Shown here one piece after another: positions 27,398 to 36,387 of a stretch of DNA of 64,000 nt. This stretch comes from an uncultured Opitutus sp. (GTDB lineage Bacteria > Verrucomicrobiota > Verrucomicrobiia > Opitutales > Opitutaceae). Location of the stretch: positions 156,412 to 220,411 of the forward strand of contig CAYZPV010000003.1 in the NCBI GenBank assembly GCA_964480585.1. The letters are read 5' to 3'. Both the position numbers and the translations under genes were made by a program. Numbering within the stretch: position 1 is the stretch's first letter; each line of letters begins with the position of its first letter. Below the pieces are notes generated by a model that had not been told where the DNA came from, searched no databases, and was given only the letters and a program-made list of their open reading frames with translations.

Positions 27398-28879
27398 TTA
27401 TCGATTGAGGGAAGTCACGGCCGACCAGCGGCCGCTGGCCGCGGCCAGTTCGTGAGCCCGTTGCGCGAGTGGCGCCATCCGCTCGGCGTAAGCCGGATCT
27501 TGGACGCGATTGCGCGACTCGGAGGCATCGAGCCGGTGGTCGTAAAGTTCGCGCGCAGCGACGGCACCGGTCTTGAGATCGCGCCACTCGACGTAGCGCA
27601 GTTCGGCGCTCCGCACCGAGTAGCCCATGTGCGTGGCGTTGCCATAGGAGGGATGAGGATGCTGCGAGATCGCATAGGTCTTGCCCGGCTGCGCAGGGTC
27701 GCGCAGCAGCGGCACGAAGCTCCGGCCCTCCACGCCTGCCGCAGCGGGCAGGCCACAAAGCTCTGCCAGACTTGGATAGACGTCGAGCAGTTCCACGAGC
27801 CCCAAGGCGCGTCTGCCGCCTGCGATACCCGGCGCGGCGACGAGGAGCGGCACACGCGTATCCAGTTCGTAGTTGGTCGTCTTGCCCCATAGATTGTGCT
27901 CCCCGAGGTGAAAGCCGTGGTCGCTCCAGAAAATGATCACGGTGTCCTTGGAGAGGTCTAGCCGGTCCAACTCCGCCAGCACTCGGCCCACCTGCGCGTC
28001 GAGGAAGCTGATGCTCGCGAGATAGCCGTGACGCAGCTCGGCGATCAACGCCTGAGAGAGTGGGCCGTTTTTCGGGATGCCTCGGTAGCCGCGAAGCTCG
28101 TTCCAAAGGTGCCCCGCGATCGCTGGCGCACCCTCCGGCATCGCGGCGGGCGATGGCGACTCAAGCGCAGCACGGTCGTAAAGATCCCAGTATTTTTTGG
28201 GCGCATTAAACGGCAGGTGCGGCTTCCAAAAGCCGACCGCCAGAAAGAAGGGTTCTTTCCCGCCCGCCAGCGCGCGGAGTTTCTCACATGCGGCGGTGGC
28301 GATCTTGCCGTCGAAGTACGCATCGTCGGGCACGTCGAGACATTGCACGGCCTCGCCTTTCACGGTGGGGCCCGAGGGGGAACCGGGCACCACCCAATCC
28401 TGCCAGTGCGCGCCATCGGAAAACACCGGCGCCTCCGACCACGAGCGCGGATCGCTAAACGGCACCGGCGGGCGCGCGCCAGACTCGTTGTGAAAAATCT
28501 TGCCGATGCCGATCGCAGTATAGCCCTGCTGCTTGAAGTGCTGGGGGAGCGTCACCACCTCGGGCAAGTGCTGGCGGAAATGGGTGCGCAGGTCCCAAAC
28601 TTTGAGCGTATCGGGACGTCGGCCGGTCATGATCGAGGCGCGGGATGGATTGCACACAGCCTGCTGGCAGTAGGCGCGCTCGAAGAGCACGCCACGACGC
28701 GCCAGCGCATCGAGAGCGGGCGTCTTTGCCACGGCCGAGCCGTAGCTGCCTAGATCCGTGCGAAGATCGTCGGCGGCGATAAAAAGAACGTTGGGCCGCT
28801 TGGCCGGAGCGGCGGTAGACACGGCCGCTCCGGTCAGGACACTCAGGCAGCACGCGAGCGTACGAAGGATCGCCTTCAT
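27398..28879 (-). CDS. Secreted iduronate-2-sulfatase-like sulfatase
   Basis: Signal peptide, RPNVLFIAADDLR, CNPSRASIMTG, GKIFH, LAVGFWKPHLPF, WSDHGFHLGEH and ELYDH..D..E..N. Confidence 0.9.
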   Translation of the reverse strand: MKAILRTLACCLSVLTGAAVSTAAPAKRPNVLFIAADDLRTDLGSYGSAVAKTPALDALARRGVLFERAYCQQAVCNPSRASIMTGRRPDTLKVWDLRTHFRQHLPEVVTLPQHFKQQGYTAIGIGKIFHNESGARPPVPFSDPRSWSEAPVFSDGAHWQDWVVPGSPSGPTVKGEAVQCLDVPDDAYFDGKIATAACEKLRALAGGKEPFFLAVGFWKPHLPFNAPKKYWDLYDRAALESPSPAAMPEGAPAIAGHLWNELRGYRGIPKNGPLSQALIAELRHGYLASISFLDAQVGRVLAELDRLDLSKDTVIIFWSDHGFHLGEHNLWGKTTNYELDTRVPLLVAAPGIAGGRRALGLVELLDVYPSLAELCGLPAAAGVEGRSFVPLLRDPAQPGKTYAISQHPHPSYGNATHMGYSVRSAELRYVEWRDLKTGAVAARELYDHRLDASESRNRVQDPAYAERMAPLAQRAHELAAASGRWSAVTSLNR

Positions 28880-30402
28880 GGTTTAGACTTCAACTGGGCG
28901 AGGACTGGATCGCCGAGTTCCTCCATTTTGGCGCGAATCTTCGTATCGAGAGTCGCGATGGCCTTGCGCACCGCAGGATCGCTCGTCTCGCCAATCCGAT
29001 TTCTGGATTCCGCGGGGTCATTGCGGAGGTCGTACAATTCGTCTCTGTCAGGATTTAGGAAATCGCGCACCAGCTTCCAGTCCGCGGTGCGATAGGCACG
29101 CATATCCGTCTGGCAATAGATGCGCATGCTATACTCGGCATAGAAGTCGTTGTCCCAGCCCACCTTTTCGCCGCGAAGCAAGGGCAGCGCATTGCGCCCG
29201 CGGAGCGTGACTCCATCTGGCACGGCGACGCGGGCCATGGCCAGCAGCGTGGGATACCAATCGAGGCTGGAGACGGTCTGCGCGACCACCGTGCCGGGTT
29301 TGATCGTACCGGGCCAGCGCACGAGCGCGGGAACCCTGAGGGAGTGATCGAAGAGATTAGGCCGGTAGCGCGCGGCGATATTGGGCTTGGCGGCGGGCAT
29401 CGTCTTTGTGGCCCAGACACCGTTGCCTTTGTGCCAGATGCCATTGTGGCCCATATTGTACCCATGGTCGGAGCTGAAGATGACCACCGTGTTGGCAGCG
29501 AGTTCGAGCCGCTCGAGCGTGGCGAGCAGTCGGCCGACGTTGCGGTCGATGGCCGTGACGCTCGAGAGATAGTCGCGCATCCTCTTCTTCACGTCGTCTA
29601 CATTGAGATCGGGGTATTCGGGATTGGGTATCGCCATGTCCAAGTCGCGATAGGGCGCAGCATCCTCTGGTGCGACCGGGAGGTAGGCGGTGTGAGGCGC
29701 GCGCAGGCTGAGGAACAGGAAAAAAGGTCGCGATGCGTCCCGCTTTTCCAGGTAGGCCATGGCCTCGCTTGTAAGGATGTCTTCGGTGAGGCCGCTCTCT
29801 CGCCGCTCCACGCCATTGCGTTCGATCATCGGGTCCTTGGTCGAGGTGCCCCCACCCGTCAGCCCTACGAAGTATTCGAAGCCGCGCTTGGTCGGATGGA
29901 AGCGTCGAGCCGGATCCTTTGTCCAGTCGCCCAGATGCCACTTGCCGACGAGGGCAGTGGCATAGCCGGCCTTGGCGAGCAGCTCAGGGAAGAGCACGAA
30001 TCTCGGCTCCAACCCGATGCCGCCGACGGCGGGCGTGTATTCCTTATGACCGGGAGCCGCGATGAAATCCAGGATGCCGACCTCGCTGCCATAGCGACCA
30101 GAGAACAGGGCGGCGCGCGCCGGGCTGCACACGGGGGTCGTCACGAGCGCGTTCTCCAGCCGCGCACCGCCGGCCGCGAGCTTGTCGAGGTGCGGTGTGT
30201 GGGCCTGTGCATTGCCGTAGGAGCCGAGCGTCCACGAAGCTTGGTCGTCGGTGTAGATGAAAAGGATATTCGGCCGCGCGGCCCCTGCCGCAAAACTGGC
30301 GGAGCAGGCGAACACCGCGAGCGCGGCAAACGCTGCCTGCCTGATCAAGCGGAAGGACAGGCCAAGGCCCGGCGGGGTATGGGAGATGACAATCGAGTGC
30401 AT
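28876..30402 (-). CDS. Secreted sulfatase
   Basis: Signal peptide, RPNILFIYTDDQ, CSPARAALFSG, LVGKWHLG and FSSDHGYNMG. ATGA overlap with the next sulfatase. Confidence 0.9.
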   Translation of the reverse strand: MHSIVISHTPPGLGLSFRLIRQAAFAALAVFACSASFAAGAARPNILFIYTDDQASWTLGSYGNAQAHTPHLDKLAAGGARLENALVTTPVCSPARAALFSGRYGSEVGILDFIAAPGHKEYTPAVGGIGLEPRFVLFPELLAKAGYATALVGKWHLGDWTKDPARRFHPTKRGFEYFVGLTGGGTSTKDPMIERNGVERRESGLTEDILTSEAMAYLEKRDASRPFFLFLSLRAPHTAYLPVAPEDAAPYRDLDMAIPNPEYPDLNVDDVKKRMRDYLSSVTAIDRNVGRLLATLERLELAANTVVIFSSDHGYNMGHNGIWHKGNGVWATKTMPAAKPNIAARYRPNLFDHSLRVPALVRWPGTIKPGTVVAQTVSSLDWYPTLLAMARVAVPDGVTLRGRNALPLLRGEKVGWDNDFYAEYSMRIYCQTDMRAYRTADWKLVRDFLNPDRDELYDLRNDPAESRNRIGETSDPAVRKAIATLDTKIRAKMEELGDPVLAQLKSKP

Positions 30403-30413
30403 GGGGCGGAGAC

Positions 30414-33400
30414 TCAGAAGCGACCGCTGACGCTGAAAGTAAGCGTGGTGCCATTCCAGCTATACCGCGAGATCCGGTCGGGGACGGCGCGGTAAAAAAC
30501 GTGCGGCTCGTTGAACGCGTTCATCAGATCCGCGGAAAACTCCAGCCACGGCCGCCATTGGTAGGAGGCGCTGATATTCACCGTCGTGCGCGCCTTCTTG
30601 AACTGAAGCCGAGAGGGATCGGCGGCGTAGGTATCAAGAAACTCGCCGATACGGCTCACGAAGATGCGCGCTCCCAGCCCGCGGTGCTTCCAAAGGAGAC
30701 CGGTATTGAGCGTCTCGGGCACGAAGTCGGCGATCGCATCGGTCGAGCGCGGAGCCGCGTCGCCATAATCTCCAGCAGTCCACAGGCGGGTGTAGTTGGC
30801 GAACATGCCGAGACCCTTCAACGGGCCGGGGAGAAAGCTGAACTGCTGCTGGTAGTTGAATTCGAGGCCATCGATCTTCGCCGAACCGCCATTGAGATTC
30901 GTCGTGATCGCGTAGCCTTCGTAGAGGCCATTGAAGCCGTTACTGTTGCCCGCGCCCACCGTCGCGCCGCGCGCCGAGTAGATGTAGTCACTGATATCCT
31001 TGCGGAAGTAGCCCAGCGCCAACTGACCCACGGGCTCGAAGTAAAACTCCAACGCAGCGTCCCAGTTATTGGAGTATTGCGGGCGCAGCGACGGGTTGTT
31101 GATCGTCACCGTCTGCGCCGTGTCATTGACCGTCTCGAGCGGCAGATAATTCGACATCTGAGGGCGGCCGATGCTCTGCGACCAGCTCAGCCGGGCCTGG
31201 ATGCGGGGATGCAGTCGGTAAACGAGGTGAGCGCTTGGAAACCAATCGGTAAATCCGCCCTCGATACGGCGCGGATTGGCGTAGTCGCGCCGCGCAGAGC
31301 CGACGGGGTCGACGTTGCGCTGCGCCGTAGTCGAAAGCGTACGCGACGCGATATAGCCGAAGCTCTCCACGTCGGTGCGCTCGGCGCGCACACCCCCCAG
31401 CAGGCGCAGTTTGCCGGCACGCGCCTGCGCCTGAAGGTAGCCAGCGCCGATGTTCTCCTCGACGTGGCGGCCGCCCGCGTAGGTGCGCATCTCGGCAAAA
31501 TAGAGGTCTTCGGACCAGCGGGTCGGATTGGCGAGCACATCAGCGTAGACCTTCGTCGCCTCGGCAAACGGCAACTCGCGGCCGCTGCGGCGTTCGTAAG
31601 AACTCAGGCCGCCCGGTTCAGCGAAGATCGAGAGCGGCGCCGTGCCGATGTAGTTGAAGCGACGCTCATCCGTCACCTCCTCCACTCGGAAACTGCGCAT
31701 GTTAAAGCCAGTCTTCAGCACCGTCTCGATGGACGTAGGGAGGTTGTAGCTCGCGTTGCCCTTCACCGTGAGGTTGCGGGAGTTTCGCTCACTGCTCTCG
31801 CGGAAGAACAACTGGCCGGAGCGATAGTTGGCTCCGTCGTAGATGCTCGGCCCTGAGGTCTGGGTGAAGACGGGGTTCACATCGGAGCTACGGCGATCGA
31901 TCGTCCAGCCCACGCCGGTGATCGTCGTCGTGAACTCGCCGCCTGGCGCCTCGGAGTCGCGGCCATTGCCGCGATCCACGTTGCTGTGATTGTAGTTGGC
32001 CTCGTAGTCGATTTTCCAGCGCCCGAGCGTATGCTCGGCCCCCGCATTGAACTGCAAGCCATCGTCGAGAAAGCCGGAAGGGAGGTTTTGGGACAGGAGT
32101 GTGACGGTGGAGGCGGCGACGTTGCGCACGGTCGTCAGGTCGTCCGTATAGTTGGGGAGGATTGCGCCTGTGCCGGTGGGCTGCCCATTGGCATCGAGCG
32201 CGGCGAGGGTGCGCCCAGTGAACGCGCGAAAGACATTCTGCCGGTTGTAGCGGGTGCCGCCGCCGATATAGAGCGCATTGACGTGCACCTTGGTGCGCTC
32301 CGAGGCCTGCCATTCCACCTTGGCGCCGACGCTGCGCTGGTTGCGGTTTACCAGGACATCTGACTCGCGAAAATCCCATACGTAGGTCGGCGAAGCCGTG
32401 GAGAAAGCGAAGTCGCGGATACCAAGGGAGTAGCCCGCCACGTTGTCGCTCGCAAAGGCGGTGAGAGAGACGCCGAGATTGCGCTTACCGCCGAAGGCAT
32501 CGAAGACCTCTTGGTAGCCCACGTTCACCAACGGATGAGCCGGCTTTTCCCGGCGCAGCGGGATATGGTCGTAGAAGGCAGGCGCCCAGCGCGCGGCGGC
32601 ACGGTAGGTAAACTGGCGCTTGCCCTTCAGGTTGAGCGGCGACCGGGTCTTCAGATTAATCGCACCACCCAGGCCATCAGCGCCCATTTCCGGGGTGAGG
32701 GCTTTGACGACCTCGATCTCGCCGAAGAGAGCGCTCGAAAGATTGTTGGTGCGAAACTCGCGCGAGAAACCGTTGTTGGACGCCATCGGGCTGCCGTCGA
32801 CCATGCCGGAATTGAGCGCCGAAGGGATGCCCCGGATCATGACGTTCTGCACGTTCTCCTGGTCGTCGATGCTGCCGGCCACGCCCGGAAGACGCATCGC
32901 GAGCTCGCCGACGCTGTCATTGGGCAGGCTGCCGTAAGCGTCCATCGAGACCACGTTCTTCACATTTACCGCATTGCGTTGCGCAGTGAGCGAGGCGGCG
33001 TTGCCCTCGCGCTCGCTCGCGACGACGAATTTGGTGAGTTGATACACCTCCGAATCCATCTCGAAGGCCTGCCGCACGGAGGCGCCGCCCTCGATCACAA
33101 CCTGCCGGGTAAGCGTATTGAGGCCCAGGTAGGAAGCCTCGACATCGTAGGCGCCTGGAGGCAGGTCGGAAAAGGTGAACTGGCCCCGCTGATCGGTGAG
33201 CGCCTGGCGATCGAGCGCAGCGATGCGGATGAGGACGCCCTCGAGAAACTTCTCGGTGCGCAGGCTACTCACGGTGCCCGAGAGCGAGCCGCGCCGCGCA
33301 TCGGTGAGCGGCACCGGGGCGCTACGGCGCACGCTGAGCGCGCCGGTGGCATCGTCGCGCGCCGCGATGAGGGAGGTGCCTGCAAACATCTGCTGGAGCG

Positions 33401-33650
33401 CCGCCAGCGCGACGAAACGGCCGCGCGCCGCCCGCGTCTGGACGCCACCGACCTCTTCGGCAGAATAGATGAGCTGGGCTCCGGACTGAGCGACGAACTG
33501 CTTGAGGGTGACGAGCGCCTCGCCGGCGGGAATATCATAATCGCGCGCCGCAGAGTCAGCGGCGCAGAGAAGCGACGAGCCGGGCGCGAGCAACACGAGC
33601 GCGACCAGCGCAGCGAGACAACGAAGCGGGGAATAGCGAAAGGTCATCAT
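30414..33650 (-). CDS. TonB-dependent transducer: STN signalling domain, carboxypeptidase-regulatory-like domain, plug and barrel
   Basis: Signal peptide from ATG 33650, YDIPAGEALVTLKQFVAQSGAQLIY (STN-like), GSLSGTV...TDQRGQFTFSDLPPGAY, plug LPNDSVGELAMRLPGV, IEVVKALTPEMGADGLGGAINLKTR, and a C-terminal F (FSVSGRF). Confidence 0.92.
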   Translation of the reverse strand: MMTFRYSPLRCLAALVALVLLAPGSSLLCAADSAARDYDIPAGEALVTLKQFVAQSGAQLIYSAEEVGGVQTRAARGRFVALAALQQMFAGTSLIAARDDATGALSVRRSAPVPLTDARRGSLSGTVSSLRTEKFLEGVLIRIAALDRQALTDQRGQFTFSDLPPGAYDVEASYLGLNTLTRQVVIEGGASVRQAFEMDSEVYQLTKFVVASEREGNAASLTAQRNAVNVKNVVSMDAYGSLPNDSVGELAMRLPGVAGSIDDQENVQNVMIRGIPSALNSGMVDGSPMASNNGFSREFRTNNLSSALFGEIEVVKALTPEMGADGLGGAINLKTRSPLNLKGKRQFTYRAAARWAPAFYDHIPLRREKPAHPLVNVGYQEVFDAFGGKRNLGVSLTAFASDNVAGYSLGIRDFAFSTASPTYVWDFRESDVLVNRNQRSVGAKVEWQASERTKVHVNALYIGGGTRYNRQNVFRAFTGRTLAALDANGQPTGTGAILPNYTDDLTTVRNVAASTVTLLSQNLPSGFLDDGLQFNAGAEHTLGRWKIDYEANYNHSNVDRGNGRDSEAPGGEFTTTITGVGWTIDRRSSDVNPVFTQTSGPSIYDGANYRSGQLFFRESSERNSRNLTVKGNASYNLPTSIETVLKTGFNMRSFRVEEVTDERRFNYIGTAPLSIFAEPGGLSSYERRSGRELPFAEATKVYADVLANPTRWSEDLYFAEMRTYAGGRHVEENIGAGYLQAQARAGKLRLLGGVRAERTDVESFGYIASRTLSTTAQRNVDPVGSARRDYANPRRIEGGFTDWFPSAHLVYRLHPRIQARLSWSQSIGRPQMSNYLPLETVNDTAQTVTINNPSLRPQYSNNWDAALEFYFEPVGQLALGYFRKDISDYIYSARGATVGAGNSNGFNGLYEGYAITTNLNGGSAKIDGLEFNYQQQFSFLPGPLKGLGMFANYTRLWTAGDYGDAAPRSTDAIADFVPETLNTGLLWKHRGLGARIFVSRIGEFLDTYAADPSRLQFKKARTTVNISASYQWRPWLEFSADLMNAFNEPHVFYRAVPDRISRYSWNGTTLTFSVSGRF

Positions 33651-33703
33651 GGAGGGGTTTGCCGGTGAGTTGGCCCCGGCGCTTCCAACCACGAACAGCC
33701 CGC

Positions 33704-33723
33704 GAAAAGTAACTAGGAAAAGT
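33704..33723. promoter_or_regulatory. Direct repeat GAAAAGT-N6-GAAAAGT between fecR and the receptor
   Basis: AT-rich 7-mer at 33704-33710 and 33717-33723, just after the fecR stop and about 55 bp upstream of the receptor start. Confidence 0.3.
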
Positions 33724-34761
33724 TTACGGCGATTTTTCCGTCGCACGCCGCTCGTGCAGGATGGTGGTCTCCCCCGCCCGCTCGACGCTGAGGCCGAAGC
33801 GGAGTTGCAGCAGGCGGATGAAAGTCTCGGGCTCATCCGCGCGGAAACTTCCGCCGAAGCGCCGCGCCGCGAGCGCGGGATCGACGATGCGGATGGGATG
33901 GCGGTTGTACCGATTGAACTCCGCGACGAAGTCGGACAAGGGTGCGGACACCATCTCGATCCGCTTGTCTTGCCAAGCGAGCGCCCGCTCCATTTCGGGA
34001 GGCGGGACGCTGCGCACCGCAGCGCGGCGCACCGCCGCACCCGCCGGCAGCGGAAGCACAGCGCCCTCACCGGCGACGAGCAGCGGAGTCTGCTCCGGGG
34101 CACGCACGTCGAGGAGCGATTCACCTTTCGCAGGATCAGCGATGCTGACCTTGCCCTCGGTAACGAGCACCTCGAGATCGGCCGCGCGCAGCCGCACGTT
34201 AAACGCCGTCCCGACGGCGCGGACGGAGACGCCTCCCGCCTCGACGAAAAACGGCCGCTCCATGCTTTTCGCCACGGTGAAATGCGCCTCGCCGCGGAGC
34301 AGCCGCACGCGGCGCTCGCGCGGCGTGTACGCGACGTGGATAGCGCTGTCGGTATTGACGCGCACAATCGACCCATCGGGCAGCGCGATACGGCGAAAGC
34401 CGCCCACCGAGGTGGTGACTGCCTCGGAAAGGCGCGAATCCCCAGGAGCCCAGTACCCGCGGGTGCCATACAATGCGACCAACGCCACGGCTGCCGCTGC
34501 GGCCAGGGGGACCAAGCGCCACCAGCGGCGGGCGCGCGCGGGCCTGGGCGCGAGCGCATCGGGGTCGATCGGGCCGCGCTCAGCCAGCGGCAGCGCGAGG
34601 CGATCCAGGGCCGACCAGGTAGCCTCGAGCTCCGAGAAAGCTGCGGCATGCCGGGGATCTGCGGCGAGCCAGCGCGCGAGCGCCTGCTCCTCAACCGCAG
34701 AGAGACCGGCGTACCGACGCGCAATCCAATCGGCAGCGACTTGATCGATATCCGCGCTCAT
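33724..34761 (-). CDS. FecR-family anti-sigma / sensor
   Basis: AADWIAR...WLAADPRHAAAF, one TM helix, LPDGSIVRVNTDS, LLRGEAHF, VRAVGTAFNVR, LAWQ and FVAEFNRYN. Confidence 0.93.
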   Translation of the reverse strand: MSADIDQVAADWIARRYAGLSAVEEQALARWLAADPRHAAAFSELEATWSALDRLALPLAERGPIDPDALAPRPARARRWWRLVPLAAAAAVALVALYGTRGYWAPGDSRLSEAVTTSVGGFRRIALPDGSIVRVNTDSAIHVAYTPRERRVRLLRGEAHFTVAKSMERPFFVEAGGVSVRAVGTAFNVRLRAADLEVLVTEGKVSIADPAKGESLLDVRAPEQTPLLVAGEGAVLPLPAGAAVRRAAVRSVPPPEMERALAWQDKRIEMVSAPLSDFVAEFNRYNRHPIRIVDPALAARRFGGSFRADEPETFIRLLQLRFGLSVERAGETTILHERRATEKSP

Positions 34762-35300
34762 GGGGCACGCTCCTTCAGCAAGCCGCGAGCACGGAGATAG
34801 CTACGGCATCGGAGGAGGCCAAGCGCGACCTGCGCATTGACAGTATGCTCGGAGATACCCAGCCGCGATGCGACCTCGCGGTGCGGGAGGCCGTACAGCT
34901 TGCAGAGGGTGATGACCTGGCGGCAACGCTCGGGCAGCGCGCCGATGGCCTCACGAAGAAACTCGATATCCTGGGCATGAGCGAGGGCCTCCCCAGTGGC
35001 AGGCCCCTCCTCTACCACGGGTAAGCGCTCGATTTCAGCTATGCCGGTGATGGAGATAATTTTGCTGCGCCGGAAAAGATCACAGGCGGCATTGCGCGCG
35101 GTGCTGAAGAGATAGGGGCGCGCATGCGTGACCTTGCCGGCATGGCGAGCCCGGACCAAACGGGCATACGTCTCCTGGACGAGGTCGTCGACATCGTGGA
35201 GCGAGGGAAACGCCCTGCGCAGATAGGCGCGCAGATCGGGCTCGTGAGGCAGCACTTCGGCGGCAAACCAGCGGGTATGTTCGGAATGGTCGGGGATCAC
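34758..35300 (-). CDS. ECF sigma-70 factor (FecI-like)
   Basis: DVDDLVQETY (region 2), YLFSTARNAACD, ALPERCRQVITLCKLYGLPHREVASRLGISEHTV (region 4). ATGA overlap with fecR. Confidence 0.93.
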   Translation of the reverse strand: MIPDHSEHTRWFAAEVLPHEPDLRAYLRRAFPSLHDVDDLVQETYARLVRARHAGKVTHARPYLFSTARNAACDLFRRSKIISITGIAEIERLPVVEEGPATGEALAHAQDIEFLREAIGALPERCRQVITLCKLYGLPHREVASRLGISEHTVNAQVALGLLRCRSYLRARGLLKERAP

Positions 35301-35722
35301 GGAAGGGGGTTTGGGATTCCGATTCCGGAAGTGGGTAGCTAAATCGTTTTAGGTTTCAAGTCGGAATTGCGGGCGCCAAGTGCGAGGCTCCGGAAGCGGG
35401 AGCCTTCAGACGACCCTACGGGGTGGGTGAGAAAAATTCTCCCGGCTGAGCGCGGGGGATGGCGAAATAACGCGGAAATAGAGGAGAATATTGCGGCGAG
35501 TGACGCATGGGAGCCGGGGAAGTGAGCATGAAGATACGAGGGTTTTTGGGCGACGCGGACGACCAACAAGGTGACTCTAGCGATTTTCGGGCGGGCTGTC
35601 AGGATGGTAGCGGGAGTTTGTTTTCGGCTGGGCTTGCTGGGCGGAAGGGGAATCCTGGCACGCCAATGGAATGGTAGAGCTTGCCAAGCATTTGCGCTTC
35701 GCGCCACGCTGAGGGCGCTGCC

Positions 35723-36373
35723 GTGTCTGCCTCCATCCGCGTTTTCCTCATCGACGATCATCCCATTGTCCGCGCGGGCGCCCGCCTGGCGGTATCGGGC
35801 ATGCCCGGCTTTTCCATTTGTGGAGAGATCGGCACCTCCGTGGGGGCGGCTGAGGCCGCGGCCGCCGCGCAGGCCGACATCGTCGTGCTCGACCTGCTGC
35901 TCGGCACACCGGGGGATGGCCTAGAATTGATCCATGCGGTACGCGCCGCACTGCCCACGGCACGGCTGCTGGTCTTCTCGATGAACTCGGAGGACCTCTT
36001 CGCCCATCGAGCCATTAAGGCTGGCGCCAACGGCTATCTCACCAAGGGCGGAGACCTCTCGGAGCTGCAGGATGCGCTGCGCTGCGTGCAACGCGGAGAA
36101 GTTTATCTTAGCGCGCGACTCAAGGCGCGCACGCCGCTGCGCCAGCCTGAATCCGATACCCGGCTCGCCTCGCTCACGGACCGGGAAATGCAGATCTTTC
36201 TCCTGCTCGGGGCCGGCAAGTCGACGCAGCAGATCGCGGACGAGCTGGGCATCAGCCGCAAGACAGCGTCCGCGCACAGGGAAAATCTGAAGGTGAAGCT
36301 GCGCCTCGCCAGCGCCCCGGAACTCGTGCGCCATGCCGTGGCGTACGTCGTAGGCCAGGGGCGGCCAGCCTGA
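35723..36373 (+). CDS. NarL/LuxR-family response regulator
   Basis: LIDDHPIVRAG, VVLDL (phosphoacceptor Asp), GANGYLTK and LTDREMQIF...IADELGISRKT. Start set at GTG 35723. Confidence 0.9.
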   Translation: MSASIRVFLIDDHPIVRAGARLAVSGMPGFSICGEIGTSVGAAEAAAAAQADIVVLDLLLGTPGDGLELIHAVRAALPTARLLVFSMNSEDLFAHRAIKAGANGYLTKGGDLSELQDALRCVQRGEVYLSARLKARTPLRQPESDTRLASLTDREMQIFLLLGAGKSTQQIADELGISRKTASAHRENLKVKLRLASAPELVRHAVAYVVGQGRPA

Positions 36374-36387
36374 AGCCGCCCTCGCCC

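Noticed and set aside
30414-34724. 1436-aa giant receptor ORF as given in the track
   Set aside because: The upstream ~357 codons overlap fecR in another frame. The real start is the signal peptide at ATG 33650.
35640-35700. sigma54 promoter from CTGGCACG upstream of the response regulator
   Set aside because: The -24 half matches, but there is no GC at the required N10 spacing.
35339-35761. Small ORFs in the sigma/response-regulator gap
   Set aside because: No motifs, atypical composition and overlap with the regulator start; treated as promoter DNA.
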